Virus record (IMG/VR): IMGVR_UViG_3300036987_000310
Coordinates: 128,001 to 192,000 of that record
Source of the DNA: a virus
Taxonomy: Duplodnaviria; Caudoviricetes
Strand: one strand, 5' to 3'
DNA: 64,000 bases
Shown here: positions 36,482 through 46,693 of the stretch, one piece after another
Position numbering within the stretch: the stretch's first letter is position 1
Layout of the letters: the number at the start of each line of letters is the position of its first letter
Position numbers and translations under genes: made by a program
The notes under the pieces: model-generated
What the model was told of the DNA's origin: nothing
Database searches by the model: none
The model's input: only the letters and a program-made list of their open reading frames with translations

Positions 36482-37423
36482 ATGTCTGCCCCTTCCCACA
36501 CTCTCACCTGGACAATTCGAGGCGATCTGTACGTTCCCTCTGAAACCAACCCTACGATAGGGAAAAAAGCTTTCTTCAAGATGAAGGACACGCTGGTAAC
36601 AGTCTTCGGATGGACAGTGTTTTCCAGCAGCAACTCTTCTTCTGCAGGAGCTTCAGACCTTTGGTTGTCTTTTTCCAACCTTGTATGGGGCACTGGGGCT
36701 CGTTCTTGGATTGTCTTCAATCGCCCGAATGGAGAACAAGTTTGCTTTGACTTATACGGGTGGAGTGCCGATTATACTTGGATGGGAAGCATGACTGTCA
36801 GCCCTGGAGGACTGTTTACGGGCGGCACAGCGTCGGCTCGTCCTACCGCCACTGACGAGATAATACTTGTAGCCAATGGGGAAAACCTGTTGACTACCGG
36901 AGACGCGGCTCCACGCAATTGGTACATTGCTCAGTCTTCAGACGGCCACAACACAAGAATCGTTCACATGCAGAACAACGGCACCACAACGGCCTTTTTC
37001 TTTGAACGGCTTCAATCTCCGATCTCAACCTTTGTGGACAAGTCTTTGGCAGGCGGTCTTGGAATTGGAAGCGCTCTTACTTATTCCAACTGGGTCCACA
37101 CTGGTCGTTTGAAGGGAAGACTGGTGGGTAGCACAGCAGTGACGGCATCTTTTCTTTGCCCCGGCACGCGATCTGGCGGCTTAGGCGAACATGTGAACGT
37201 GCGCGACTTGGACGGGGAGCTTGTCATGCTCAGAATGAAAGCTTACTCCAACACCTCTGGGTACAAGGGGATTCTAGGCACTGTTCCTGATTTGTACATG
37301 GGGAGCAGTCTGCAGAAGAATGGGGACACTTTTCCTGATGGTTTAGGCAACCCGGGGAAATGGCTTTGTCTGGATCACATGATTTTTCCATGGAACAACA
37401 CGCGCCTTCAGTCGGGAGGGTGA
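36482..37423 (+). CDS. Tail/receptor-binding paralogue 5
   Basis: GWTVFSSS...SDLW...SWIVF...DLYMGS...GDTF...HMIFPW. Confidence 0.7.
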   Translation: MSAPSHTLTWTIRGDLYVPSETNPTIGKKAFFKMKDTLVTVFGWTVFSSSNSSSAGASDLWLSFSNLVWGTGARSWIVFNRPNGEQVCFDLYGWSADYTWMGSMTVSPGGLFTGGTASARPTATDEIILVANGENLLTTGDAAPRNWYIAQSSDGHNTRIVHMQNNGTTTAFFFERLQSPISTFVDKSLAGGLGIGSALTYSNWVHTGRLKGRLVGSTAVTASFLCPGTRSGGLGEHVNVRDLDGELVMLRMKAYSNTSGYKGILGTVPDLYMGSSLQKNGDTFPDGLGNPGKWLCLDHMIFPWNNTRLQSGG

Positions 37424-37424
37424 C

Positions 37425-37754
37425 ATGGCAGACTTGATAGGAGAGTTGGTTGACCTGTCCTTGTACGAGGAAGTTTCCAGCAATCGGGAGATGGACGGGG
37501 ACAGTCTAGAGCTAGTCTTGGTGAAAGACGCCGTGCTGCCTCGCTCGTGGCCGTCAATGCTGACTCCTCCTGCGCCCCCGCTTGCAGGCCTTTACACTAG
37601 CTACTATTTAATGCGCGGGTTTAGACATTTGCACGCTCCAACCCCGGATTTTGAAACTTGGGTTGCAGCAGGCGTCCCGAACGCATTGAACCCGAGTGGA
37701 GAACCAATACAAGACGTTAGCATTCAGCTGGCTTGGTTTGAAGTAAACCTGTGA
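37425..37754 (+). CDS. Small fibre-associated protein
   Basis: YYLMRG...FETWV...P...GEPI shared with next gene. Confidence 0.6.
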   Translation: MADLIGELVDLSLYEEVSSNREMDGDSLELVLVKDAVLPRSWPSMLTPPAPPLAGLYTSYYLMRGFRHLHAPTPDFETWVAAGVPNALNPSGEPIQDVSIQLAWFEVNL

Positions 37755-37760
37755 GGAAAA

Positions 37761-37997
37761 ATGGCGAGCTACAGCTTTACACGTCCTGCGGTCAATCAGC
37801 CAGTCTTCGAATTCGACAAAATTCCGTATGGAGAGCCCACTCCAACTTTGCGGAAGTTTTATTATTATCGTGCGTGGAACACTATTCTTCTGATGTGGGA
37901 AACCTGGGTGACAGTGGACGTTCCGGACCCGGCTCCGCCAAGCGGGGATCCAATTGTTGGGTTGACACAAGCTCTTTTCTGGAGAAAAGTAGTGTAG
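37761..37997 (+). CDS. Small fibre-associated protein
   Basis: YYYRAW...WETWV...P...GDPI. Confidence 0.6.
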   Translation: MASYSFTRPAVNQPVFEFDKIPYGEPTPTLRKFYYYRAWNTILLMWETWVTVDVPDPAPPSGDPIVGLTQALFWRKVV

Positions 37998-38000
37998 TTT

Positions 38001-39539
38001 TCACCATGTGAAAACTAATTCAGCCGATTTGCATGTGGCAGCGTTTCCGCCACCTTCAACGCCAATCCAAAGCCTAGCTTCAAACACGCCTGGACCACCT
38101 GCAGACAAATTGGCAAAAGCTGCAGTCACATCGGTTTCATACGTGCTGGGAACAAGCTGATTCGGAGTCGGACCCCCGGGGGGCGGCAGCCCAGTTATAG
38201 TGTCAGTTTGAGAGCCTGACACAACCCCGGGGGTTCCTAAATTCAAAACACCGTTCAAATCGTACAAATCAATGTATGCCTCGTACCCAGCACTTCCGCT
38301 TGTCGACTCCATGACGACACGATATTTTACTGTGTAAGTGCTGTTTGGTATTTCAGAAGCGTCTATATAAGCAGTTCCTATTGATGTTGGAACTGAAACA
38401 GAGGTTGTTCCTATGCCAATGTTTACTGGAACAACCAACCTAGACAAAACAGAAGGCGCGTGGATTGTGAGCGTCCCGGAAACGCCAGGCTGTGTTTCCG
38501 AACAAGTGCACCAATATCCCTCAAGATATACGTCGATGTTTCCAGTTCCAGAAAGCGTTGTGCCTTGAATTTCCGAGTACCCTTCCTCGTAAATCGTGAC
38601 TGACACAGCTCCGTCTGTTGAAAAAACAGTTCCAGACTCCACAAACAAAACCAGGCTTGAACTCTTCAAACTCAAGCGAATAGACCCGCCTACCGTGAAA
38701 AGAGGAGATACTTCGCTGTGGTTTGTGAAGATGCAGTCCACAGCATCTCTTTCTCCCCCATCAGACAGCATGCATGTTCCGGTGGAGCCAGCTTCCATGT
38801 CCATCGTGACATATTCAAACGATCCCGGATTTAAAAGAATAGACCCGGAGTCAAGATATGCTGTGGGACGACTTCCTTCTCTGTTTCCCCATAGTTTTGC
38901 TCTTCCTTCCAGGTCCCAGGTTCCGATTGGTACGATTGCGGCTCCAAGAGAATCGTCTATTTCAACTATGACTGGACCACTTGTGGTTCCAAAGAACGTC
39001 ATCAAGTTTGACCAGTTAGAAAAAATTCTTCCTGCTTCAACCCCTCCCGGCCTATAGATGATGTGCGTTCCTGGGGGTCCTTCAACACCCTGGGGTCCTT
39101 CAACACCCTGCGGACCCTGCGGCCCTTCCACTCCTTGGGGCCCTTCCACTCCTTGGGGCCCTTGCGGGCCCGGGGGCCCGTCCTCTCCTGGAGGGCCCTC
39201 TTCTCCAGTATCCCCTTTTAGGCCTTTAGACCCAGGATTCCCTTGAGGGCCGGGCGGCCCCTGGACCATGTCGAGCTTTGACCCGGGCTTTGCGAATTTT
39301 AAGGCAAATGTGTACTCCCATATGTTGTTGGATGATGTGATTCCAAGCAGAATTATCTGTGTCACCATCCAGCTTTGATCAATGCCGAGCGTTCCGTATA
39401 CTTGATTAAAAACGTTCGGAGTATCAAACTGCAACACTGGATTTTGGAACATTGAATCAGCCGTCAGTATGACGGTTGCTCGCGCTGTTCCTGGCTGGTC
39501 TGAAGCTTGTTTGATTACGCCGATGTTAAACATGTTCAA
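38001..39539 (-). CDS. Collagen-like fibre protein
   Basis: N-terminal DQPGTARA domain, (GXY)n at about 39070-39270, beta-rich C-terminus. Confidence 0.8.
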   Translation of the reverse strand: MNMFNIGVIKQASDQPGTARATVILTADSMFQNPVLQFDTPNVFNQVYGTLGIDQSWMVTQIILLGITSSNNIWEYTFALKFAKPGSKLDMVQGPPGPQGNPGSKGLKGDTGEEGPPGEDGPPGPQGPQGVEGPQGVEGPQGPQGVEGPQGVEGPPGTHIIYRPGGVEAGRIFSNWSNLMTFFGTTSGPVIVEIDDSLGAAIVPIGTWDLEGRAKLWGNREGSRPTAYLDSGSILLNPGSFEYVTMDMEAGSTGTCMLSDGGERDAVDCIFTNHSEVSPLFTVGGSIRLSLKSSSLVLFVESGTVFSTDGAVSVTIYEEGYSEIQGTTLSGTGNIDVYLEGYWCTCSETQPGVSGTLTIHAPSVLSRLVVPVNIGIGTTSVSVPTSIGTAYIDASEIPNSTYTVKYRVVMESTSGSAGYEAYIDLYDLNGVLNLGTPGVVSGSQTDTITGLPPPGGPTPNQLVPSTYETDVTAAFANLSAGGPGVFEARLWIGVEGGGNAATCKSAELVFTW

Positions 39540-39567
39540 CCTTAGCCACGATCAGAGGTATGCACCC

Positions 39568-39597
39568 AATACTTAGGCGTGAGCACGCCTAAGTATT
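39568..39597. terminator. 13-bp hairpin after the tail-fibre chaperone gene
   Basis: AATACTTAGGCGT-GAGC-ACGCCTAAGTATT. Confidence 0.6.
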
Positions 39598-39921
39598 AAG
39601 GTCTTCGAGAACGTCTTCTGAGCCCTCGAAGAAAGGATGATTTTTGAGCATTTCATAGATGGCCCCGCGAGGATCGCCTGTGGCTATGGCGTCCACAGCG
39701 GTCTGCCCTTTCAGTTCCGTCGCTGGCACATCCGCTACCGACGCTTCCAGGTTGGGGACGGGTACGGGCAGTTTGCCCGCACGTCGGGCAGCCTCGTTGA
39801 TATACAACATGAAATGGCAAGTGACAGCTTTCATTTGAATGTCATAATGCACAACTGGGGCGAGACGCCAATACTCGGCGGCGCCCCCGTCACGCATCGG
39901 CTTGGAGAGTTTTAGGGCCAC
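39589..39921 (-). CDS. Putative tail-fibre assembly/accessory protein
   Basis: Follows fibre gene; EYWRL...LYINEAARRAGK. Confidence 0.55.
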   Translation of the reverse strand: MALKLSKPMRDGGAAEYWRLAPVVHYDIQMKAVTCHFMLYINEAARRAGKLPVPVPNLEASVADVPATELKGQTAVDAIATGDPRGAIYEMLKNHPFFEGSEDVLEDLNT

Positions 39922-42355
39922 AGCTTCCTCCGTTCTTGAGAATCTGAATCCGCGCCTGAAGAGCGACTGCCTCGGCAGCTAACTCCTGTATGGCACGGGT
40001 TAGAGGTGCGATCATTGCTTCGTAGGACACGGCTTGCATGTCGTCTTTCGACACTGGTTTCGACCAGATATTACTTTCCATATCGCCCAAGGACTGTGCA
40101 ACCTCCTGGGCAATGAACCCATGGTGGATGGGGCCTTGCGGGCTGGCCTTCAGGCAGAATCTGCGTGGTCGTAGAGCCCTAATAAAGTCAAGGCCCAGGT
40201 CACAGTCCTCAATGGACGTTTTAAGCCGAATGTCCGAATCCGTGGTGTAGGCACCACCGTGGACTGTGACGGCACCCACGAGCCCAAGACGAACTCCGCT
40301 TGTGGTTGTGGTCGCACCGGATCCAACCAGGGTGGCTTCACTTGGCGGTTCAACTTCATACCAGGTCGGGCTCGACTGGTAGTTCGGTACTGGGGGTTCT
40401 GGGATGTCATAATACCACCATGTACCTTCTTTTTCGATAAAACAGAGATCACCATTATACTCGGACGACCACAGTGTACCCGTATGATCACGGTCATAGA
40501 TCGTTTTATAGGTCCACCTGGTCATACTCAAGAGTGAAAGCGCTGTGCCTGAACCGTACCCGAGACAGGTGTTGTTGTCGCCGTTTTTGTTCACGCCTCC
40601 GGTAGTACCACCCAAGTAGGTGCAGCAGAAGGCGCTTCGGATGTCGGCCCCCGCAAGGTGTCCACATATGACATTGAAGTGATCAATGTTGGGCGTATAA
40701 GTGAAGTCTTGAGAATACTCGAGCGCACGCCGTCCGATGGCGATGTTACTGCTGGAGTAGTCTGAGCCGTAAGGGGTAGACCAAGCCTCTCGCTCTTTGT
40801 CCATCCCCCAACCGACATGATATCCAAAGTAGATGTTGCGGGACGCTTTAACCGACCACTGGGCTGTTTGGCAGCCAAAGAGGATGTTATCCTCTGCTCC
40901 TGTCTCTGCTGGGGGGCGCAGCAAGCCTTTACCTACTTCAAGCCCGAAGCCGATGTTGCAAGGGCCTACACCCTGGTTTGCACCGCCAGAACCACCTTTC
41001 AAAGCCTCGAACCCAAAACCGATATTTCCGGGGAACTTATTGGGGTTGATGCCAGATTGCGAGAGAACTTGATAACCGAAGGAAACAGTGTAATTACCGA
41101 CATCGGCTGAGTTGTAGCCCCCAGCGATCACGCCGGTCAAATTCACGTCTGCATATACCGAGCCTCCCCCAAGATAGGAACGCGGATGGACTATAACGTT
41201 GTCCGACCCGGTCGTCACTTTGGAGTTGGCATATGGTCCGCAGAGGACGTTACGAGATCCGCTGGTGACGACGCTTGCTGCGAGAAGGATATTGCGGGTT
41301 CCCGTGTAAACGTTGAGGGTTGCCCCCGCACCGGCACCCAAGCACAGATTGTCCCCTGGATAAGAACCAGTTTTTGCGGCCTCGTACCCGATGGCGATGG
41401 TTCGAGTAGCGCAGCGGCCCTTACCGGAACCATATCCAGCCAGGATGACGTCCGTGCCAGGCCGTGTGGCGGTGTATATGGTCCCGACCTGGTCTCCGAT
41501 GGCAATCGGGTTCACGGCTCGGGTGTCTGAATAGCTCATCAGATTTCGCCCCACCAGGATGCCCGCAGTGAACTGGCAGGACGTGGCGGGAGACGTGCCC
41601 AGGATGATATTGCTGGAGAAGGTTCCGACGAGGTTACTTCCGGAACCAGCCCCACAGTAGGTGTTCTGAGAGCCCGAGCTTATCCGATTGCCCGAGTTGT
41701 ACCCTAAGGTAACGTTGTGGCTACCCGTCGTGAGCGCACCGTAATACTGACCCAGGCTTTCTTTGCCGAGAAACGTGTTGGTAGAGGACCCGTACGTCGG
41801 GTTGTTCCGGATCGGGAGGACTGAGTTCGCGATGTTGCCGTAGCGACCCGCAACCGCGACCCATCGGGTAGTCCCGCCAGCCCCCGTGTTGAGAATCACC
41901 TTGGCGTCTCGAACAGCGTTCGAAGCGTCTGCGGACAGGTACCGGTAAAAAGTGTCGGTCTCGGCCACGAAGCCGACGGCGTTATTTCCGGGTGCGGCGG
42001 CTTCAGCTGCTGCCACGGTTGCGTACTCGTAGACGCCCCCGCCGGGACCTCCTCCTCCCGCCGGTATCCAAGAAGAAGACCCTGCGTTCCAGGTCAAGAC
42101 CTGTCCGTCCGAAGGGGCTGTGGACGCCACAGTGCGATTTTGGATGCGGATGACGGTCTGGCTCGTCGATGTTCCTGAAAGGTCGCCTCCAGCCGTGAAT
42201 CCCCCTGGTGCCGTGACCCACACAGGCTCTGCACCGTTCCAAGACAACACATACCCTATGCTCGGGGCCGCCTGTGGTAGCCATCGATAGGCTGTGTAGG
42301 TAGGGTCCCAAAATAGGGACTGCCCTGCCGCTCGTCCTCTGCCTACAGTACTCAT
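39890..42355 (-). CDS. Tail fibre protein with C-terminal peptidase S74 intramolecular chaperone
   Basis: GGDLSGT...PSDGQVLTW, Gly/Asn repeats, SDIRLKTSI...GFIAQEV...VSYEAMIAPL. Confidence 0.9.
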   Translation of the reverse strand: MSTVGRGRAAGQSLFWDPTYTAYRWLPQAAPSIGYVLSWNGAEPVWVTAPGGFTAGGDLSGTSTSQTVIRIQNRTVASTAPSDGQVLTWNAGSSSWIPAGGGGPGGGVYEYATVAAAEAAAPGNNAVGFVAETDTFYRYLSADASNAVRDAKVILNTGAGGTTRWVAVAGRYGNIANSVLPIRNNPTYGSSTNTFLGKESLGQYYGALTTGSHNVTLGYNSGNRISSGSQNTYCGAGSGSNLVGTFSSNIILGTSPATSCQFTAGILVGRNLMSYSDTRAVNPIAIGDQVGTIYTATRPGTDVILAGYGSGKGRCATRTIAIGYEAAKTGSYPGDNLCLGAGAGATLNVYTGTRNILLAASVVTSGSRNVLCGPYANSKVTTGSDNVIVHPRSYLGGGSVYADVNLTGVIAGGYNSADVGNYTVSFGYQVLSQSGINPNKFPGNIGFGFEALKGGSGGANQGVGPCNIGFGLEVGKGLLRPPAETGAEDNILFGCQTAQWSVKASRNIYFGYHVGWGMDKEREAWSTPYGSDYSSSNIAIGRRALEYSQDFTYTPNIDHFNVICGHLAGADIRSAFCCTYLGGTTGGVNKNGDNNTCLGYGSGTALSLLSMTRWTYKTIYDRDHTGTLWSSEYNGDLCFIEKEGTWWYYDIPEPPVPNYQSSPTWYEVEPPSEATLVGSGATTTTSGVRLGLVGAVTVHGGAYTTDSDIRLKTSIEDCDLGLDFIRALRPRRFCLKASPQGPIHHGFIAQEVAQSLGDMESNIWSKPVSKDDMQAVSYEAMIAPLTRAIQELAAEAVALQARIQILKNGGSCGPKTLQADA

Positions 42356-42825
42356 TCAACCACCCATCGAAAAAAGCTAGACGACCAGACAAGCGTGAGG
42401 CTGCCGTAATCGGTCATGACGGTCTCGATAAGCGAGTAACTGCTGTTGTAAATGCGTATTCGGTAGTTCACACCGAGACCAGCATTGCCTCCCCCATCGG
42501 CTATTGTGATCCGCATGCCCTCGGTTCCCGAGGGCATGTAGGCGTACCGCAAGCCGCCGTACATCATGAGCACGATGCTGGCACCAGCGCTGGGGACGAA
42601 GTAAGACGAGTTGTAGGTGTAGATGACGGGAAAAGCACCCCCTCCTTCCCCTGGTGCCCACTGCCCTCCAGCGTACTTGAGGACTTGTCCGGTCGTGGGC
42701 AAGGTGCTCGCAACAGGAACTCCTTGAATCGAGTCGATGGGGTTGCATTGAAGCGCGGTCGGGCCTGTGATCCCCGTGACTACGCCAGTTTGTGTGATTC
42801 TGAAAATACCGGCCATGTCAATCAA
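42352..42825 (-). CDS. Short fibre-related protein
   Basis: IQGVPVASTLPTTGQVLKY..W.PG module shared with fibres. Confidence 0.7.
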   Translation of the reverse strand: MIDMAGIFRITQTGVVTGITGPTALQCNPIDSIQGVPVASTLPTTGQVLKYAGGQWAPGEGGGAFPVIYTYNSSYFVPSAGASIVLMMYGGLRYAYMPSGTEGMRITIADGGGNAGLGVNYRIRIYNSSYSLIETVMTDYGSLTLVWSSSFFRWVVE

Positions 42826-44428
42826 CCCCTACCCCTACTGCTTGTCCCCAAGACGCCAAGATGAAATCGCCGTTGTAGGCTGCCACCTCTCCCCATTGAT
42901 CTTCGGGGAGAGCAAACGTGTCCAGCACAGACATGGTAGCAGAATCGATCAACACAGCATTCGTGTCCCACACCCCTGTCACGAGCAAACGCCCCGTTCC
43001 AAGGTCATCGAAGGCGAGGCCATCAGGGTCGCCAACGTCGTCTCCTATGTATATGGAACTCACGAATACGCAGTCCGTGTCGTACTTCCGCACAGTGTTG
43101 TTAGTGATCTCCGTGATATAAATGCTGCTGCCGTAAACAGCCACGTTCATTGCTTCGATCACATCGACAGAAGTCGCGACTTCTGTCAACGAGGTGTCGA
43201 ACTTCCGGAGCGTCGCTGAATAGGACTGCCCCCCGGCAGCCCAGACGTGACCCAACCCAAACCGGATTTTGCGTATGTAGCCGTAGTCACTGTTGTAGAT
43301 CGCGACCGAGGGAGCCACTATCTCAGGCGACGCCCCCAAGCAGGCCGCCGTGGACCACTTGAAAACACCGTAAGTGCGGTTGTTGAGCCCATCCCGACCC
43401 CAACCGATGGCGTAGAAGTTGCCAGCGCCATCGGCGCACACGCTGGTGACTTGACGCCCGGACGTAGAGAAGAGGGGCAAAGACCCCCAACCGACGACAG
43501 TGTTGGTAGCCTTTGCGATGATTGCGACGTGCCCGTTTTTCCACCCCGCACAGTAGACGTAGTCGGCGTCCTGAGCGAGATCTCGGACGCCCTGGTTGAT
43601 GTGTGGTGCCACTGAAACCGAAATACTGCTGGAGTCGATCAGACTGATGCGGAGCACGTCAGGGTAATTGGTATTGGCCTGGTCTTGTTCGGCAACCCAG
43701 ATGTAGTCTCCATCCCGAATGACAGGGCGGGGGGATGTCAAGGCCCACGCAATGCTCACCCTGACGAAGAGCCCTTCCGCTGCGGTGTCCGACAGAGGTG
43801 CCGGGATCGTGTCGATGCCGATAACTCTTTGCTGGGTCGGGCTGGCAGGGTCCCAGTCCGCGAGGTCGCCCCCGAGGGTGATGCTACCACCTCCCCCACC
43901 CGTCCCTGGTTCCCATTGGGCTTCTGCTTCATTCCAAGTTAGCGTGTTGCCATCAGCCGGCGTTGTTGCCGCGACGGCTAGATTTTGAATTTTGACTACT
44001 GTGTTGGATCCAGGGTCGCCTGTCACGTCCCCATCAAGTTCCGCAACTGTTCCTTCCGGGCCCTGTGGGCCCACTGGCCCTGTTGACCCAGGAGATCCAG
44101 GAGATCCAGGAGGCCCTGATGGCCCTGTTGATCCAGGAGGCCCTGGGGGCCCGACGACGTCTCTAAGCTTTGTGGAAGCTTTCCCGAATTTCATCAGGAA
44201 GGTATACCCGTATAAGCCTGCTCCGTCAGCTATTTGGATTAAAAAACATTCAAGTAAATAATAGTCCCTGGTCAAACCAAGAATTTCATAAATTTTGTTT
44301 ATTGATGGGTATGTTGTAACTTCAACGAGCGGGTTTGGAACCACGCCATCAGAGTTAAGCAAGACGGATGCCCTGATCGTTCCCGGCTGATCAGTCAATA
44401 GCTTTGTTGCGCCTATGGTCGTGGTCAT
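42818..44428 (-). CDS. Collagen-like fibre protein with beta-propeller-like head
   Basis: Start moved to ATG 44428; DQPGTIRA domain, (GXY)n, GDVTG...DGNTLTW, propeller-like blades. Confidence 0.8.
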   Translation of the reverse strand: MTTTIGATKLLTDQPGTIRASVLLNSDGVVPNPLVEVTTYPSINKIYEILGLTRDYYLLECFLIQIADGAGLYGYTFLMKFGKASTKLRDVVGPPGPPGSTGPSGPPGSPGSPGSTGPVGPQGPEGTVAELDGDVTGDPGSNTVVKIQNLAVAATTPADGNTLTWNEAEAQWEPGTGGGGGSITLGGDLADWDPASPTQQRVIGIDTIPAPLSDTAAEGLFVRVSIAWALTSPRPVIRDGDYIWVAEQDQANTNYPDVLRISLIDSSSISVSVAPHINQGVRDLAQDADYVYCAGWKNGHVAIIAKATNTVVGWGSLPLFSTSGRQVTSVCADGAGNFYAIGWGRDGLNNRTYGVFKWSTAACLGASPEIVAPSVAIYNSDYGYIRKIRFGLGHVWAAGGQSYSATLRKFDTSLTEVATSVDVIEAMNVAVYGSSIYITEITNNTVRKYDTDCVFVSSIYIGDDVGDPDGLAFDDLGTGRLLVTGVWDTNAVLIDSATMSVLDTFALPEDQWGEVAAYNGDFILASWGQAVGVGVD

Positions 44429-44440
44429 GTTATCCATTAT

Positions 44441-44653
44441 ATGACGCATGAAAAAGCAAACGCCATGGTTGAACACACGCAAATTCGCAGGCACGCGTTG
44501 AAAAATTTTAACGTAGGAACTGTGTTCAACGTTCAAGGATGGCCGTGGGTCCTGATTTGCTGCGAGCCTGAAAAAGACGGGAACGGGAACAAACTAACCC
44601 TGAAAATGATGACGAATGCTGAAGAAGCTCTGTGGCGAGTTATGATATCGTGA
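44441..44653 (+). CDS. Small protein with tag (RVMIS)
   Basis: Ends EEALWRVMIS. Confidence 0.55.
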   Translation: MTHEKANAMVEHTQIRRHALKNFNVGTVFNVQGWPWVLICCEPEKDGNGNKLTLKMMTNAEEALWRVMIS

Positions 44654-44682
44654 CGATGTGCCTTTTATTTGGTGATTTTGGC

Positions 44683-45204
44683 ATGGGAATGAGCCCCGAC
44701 CACGTAGCGAAAGCTCTTCGAAGAATCGCCACGAAAATAGATAGATCCGAGTCCCCGAGCACAAACCTTGTTCAGAAGGATTTGCGGCGCGTGGCTCACA
44801 ACATGCGAACAGCTGCCGATGGCCCTGTGAGCCTCACAGTCGACGGCGAGGTGTCGATTTACGACATCGATGTGAAGTATCAGTTTTTCGCCATGGAGAA
44901 AAAGCCGGACGAGGACTTCGCTCAATTTGGATTGAAGTTTGTTCTTGGCTCCGATTTGGAAGAAAGAACAGCTGTTGGTCGCATGGGGGTGACGCTGACC
45001 AAGCTTGAGCTCAGCAAATACGTGTATCGAAATGCTGATTTGGCGAAAACGGGCCCCCCGGGGAGCGTCAAGGGGGACCCAGAATTGGATCGTTTCGGCC
45101 TGTTGCCGAACATCATTGTCAAATGTTTTAAAGATGCGTTGTCGAAGATGGGGCTGTCGTCCTTGAAAGGAATGACAGTTTCAGACGAGGTTTTTCACCC
45201 CTGA
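44683..45204 (+). CDS. Protein with N-terminal LRxIAxKIDxSxxPS motif
   Basis: VAKALRRIATKIDRSESPSTNLVQKDLRRV. Confidence 0.7.
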   Translation: MGMSPDHVAKALRRIATKIDRSESPSTNLVQKDLRRVAHNMRTAADGPVSLTVDGEVSIYDIDVKYQFFAMEKKPDEDFAQFGLKFVLGSDLEERTAVGRMGVTLTKLELSKYVYRNADLAKTGPPGSVKGDPELDRFGLLPNIIVKCFKDALSKMGLSSLKGMTVSDEVFHP

Positions 45205-45205
45205 G

Positions 45206-45520
45206 TCATTCGTACTTCACGAACACATCGTCCCCGCTTGACGATGTGACCCGAACTCCGTCGTCCTCAAAATATACCGTTTTCATTTTGTCCGAAACGA
45301 TTCCGTTGGATTTCAAAGCTTCCGACAGATTCATGAGATCTTGAATGCGGCTGCCTCCCCGTTTCATCGTCAGCTGAACTGACGCTCCCATTCTATGCAA
45401 AACAGACTCGAGAGCCTGCGTCACAAGAGCAATGGAGGGTTCTCGCGAACCGTCTATCTTTGCGGCGATGTGTAGAAGTTCGAGAGACAACATTTGTGGG
45501 GTCATGCAAATAACCTCCAC
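45206..45520 (-). CDS. Protein with N-terminal LxxIAxKIDxSxxPS motif
   Basis: LSLELLHIAAKIDGSREPSIALVTQAL. Confidence 0.65.
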   Translation of the reverse strand: MEVICMTPQMLSLELLHIAAKIDGSREPSIALVTQALESVLHRMGASVQLTMKRGGSRIQDLMNLSEALKSNGIVSDKMKTVYFEDDGVRVTSSSGDDVFVKYE

Positions 45521-45530
45521 AAAAGGCGAA

Positions 45531-45836
45531 TCAAGACATTTGTCCGACTCGTAGTCTGCTCGCCACGTCGATCACATAATCCCGAGCCGTAACCCTGACG
45601 CCTAGTTTTCTTCCAACTTCTTCAATTTTTCTCGGCTCCGAAAAGAAAAAGTCTCCAACCATCGATTCATCAGTCACAAACGCTTCTGGGTGCCCGATAG
45701 CTTCCAGAACTTTTTGCACCCACGGGCGCAAGGTTTCTCTGCGCGTACTCCTCGCATACACAACCTTGATCTCCCCACTGTTGATTTTTCTTTGAATGTC
45801 CTTTGCGTTAAGCTTGGACACCACTCTGCTTTGCAT
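45531..45836 (-). CDS. Hypothetical protein
   Basis: 101-aa ORF. Confidence 0.6.
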   Translation of the reverse strand: MQSRVVSKLNAKDIQRKINSGEIKVVYARSTRRETLRPWVQKVLEAIGHPEAFVTDESMVGDFFFSEPRKIEEVGRKLGVRVTARDYVIDVASRLRVGQMS

Positions 45837-46101
45837 CTATAACTCCATAGCAGTTGTTTGCGTAGTCTGCAGACTTCAGAGGAAAGCAGCAGACTACGCG
45901 TTCCATTGGGTGGACACAGTCCACACTCATTTCAATCTCAAACAGGTCAACTGTCTCCTCGTGGACTTCCCGAATCAGCAACTCCTCCGGGCATGGGCAC
46001 GGGTCCAATTTAAAACTGGAAAAACATGGATTACCAACGCTCACCAACGAAGCCACAACAGCTTTAACAGCGTCCGAGGAGTGTGCGCCAGCTCTAGTCA
46101 A
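45808..46101 (-). CDS. Cys-containing hypothetical protein
   Basis: 97-aa ORF. Confidence 0.45.
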   Translation of the reverse strand: MTRAGAHSSDAVKAVVASLVSVGNPCFSSFKLDPCPCPEELLIREVHEETVDLFEIEMSVDCVHPMERVVCCFPLKSADYANNCYGVIDAKQSGVQA

Positions 46102-46115
46102 GCTGTTTTATCCAT

Positions 46116-46502
46116 TCATTCGTCCATGACGTCATACACCAGAAACGCGTTGACAGCGGTTAAAAGATCCTCAGCTGTCAGTTTGTCAACTGGAGGAAGA
46201 TGTACTTCCAAATTTTTCTCGCGAAACCTTTGAATCACGATTGTGGCCCACCGGTTGTCGTTGAAGTCTTCTGAGTTGGAGAACCTAAGCAAGCATTCGC
46301 TGTGACTAACAACCAAGGCGAACCACGCGCGCCATCCGCGCTCTTCGATTGAAAATTTGAATGTGAATCCAGAAACTTCGTCGTTTTGCTTCAGATGATG
46401 GAACGCGTCGTTCACCATCTGTTTCCGAATTCCGTCGTCCCCAATGTCGTCTACGTCGATGAAGATCGACAGCGCCTTGACAACATCTGGGTGCAGATTC
46501 AT
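46116..46502 (-). CDS. Hypothetical protein with tag (DVMDE)
   Basis: ATGA overlap at 46502; ends FLVYDVMDE. Confidence 0.7.
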   Translation of the reverse strand: MNLHPDVVKALSIFIDVDDIGDDGIRKQMVNDAFHHLKQNDEVSGFTFKFSIEERGWRAWFALVVSHSECLLRFSNSEDFNDNRWATIVIQRFREKNLEVHLPPVDKLTAEDLLTAVNAFLVYDVMDE

Positions 46503-46693
46503 AGCGTGATCTTTACCCAAAATGTCCCACGGTTGTTTTCTTCCATGATAAGGTCCACAGAAACCTCATCTTGTTCCATCATGCAAACCGTCGGACGAAT
46601 GCCAATAGGTAGCATCCCGTTTGCGGAAAGATTCATCAGCGCTTGAAGCACGGCCTGCATGATCAACGCTTTGAATTCTGTTTTGTTCATCAT
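46499..46693 (-). CDS. Small hypothetical protein
   Basis: 64-aa ORF coupled on both sides. Confidence 0.55.
   Translation of the reverse strand: MMNKTEFKALIMQAVLQALMNLSANGMLPIGIRPTVCMMEQDEVSVDLIMEENNRGTFWVKITL

Noticed and set aside
28413-37997. Diversity-generating retroelement acting on the paralogue array
   Set aside because: No reverse transcriptase and no template/variable repeat pair differing only at adenines was seen; the shared YEYEG segment differs at all base types.
39061-39270. GC-rich tandem repeats here and at 44050-44160
   Set aside because: Explained by collagen Gly-X-Y coding.
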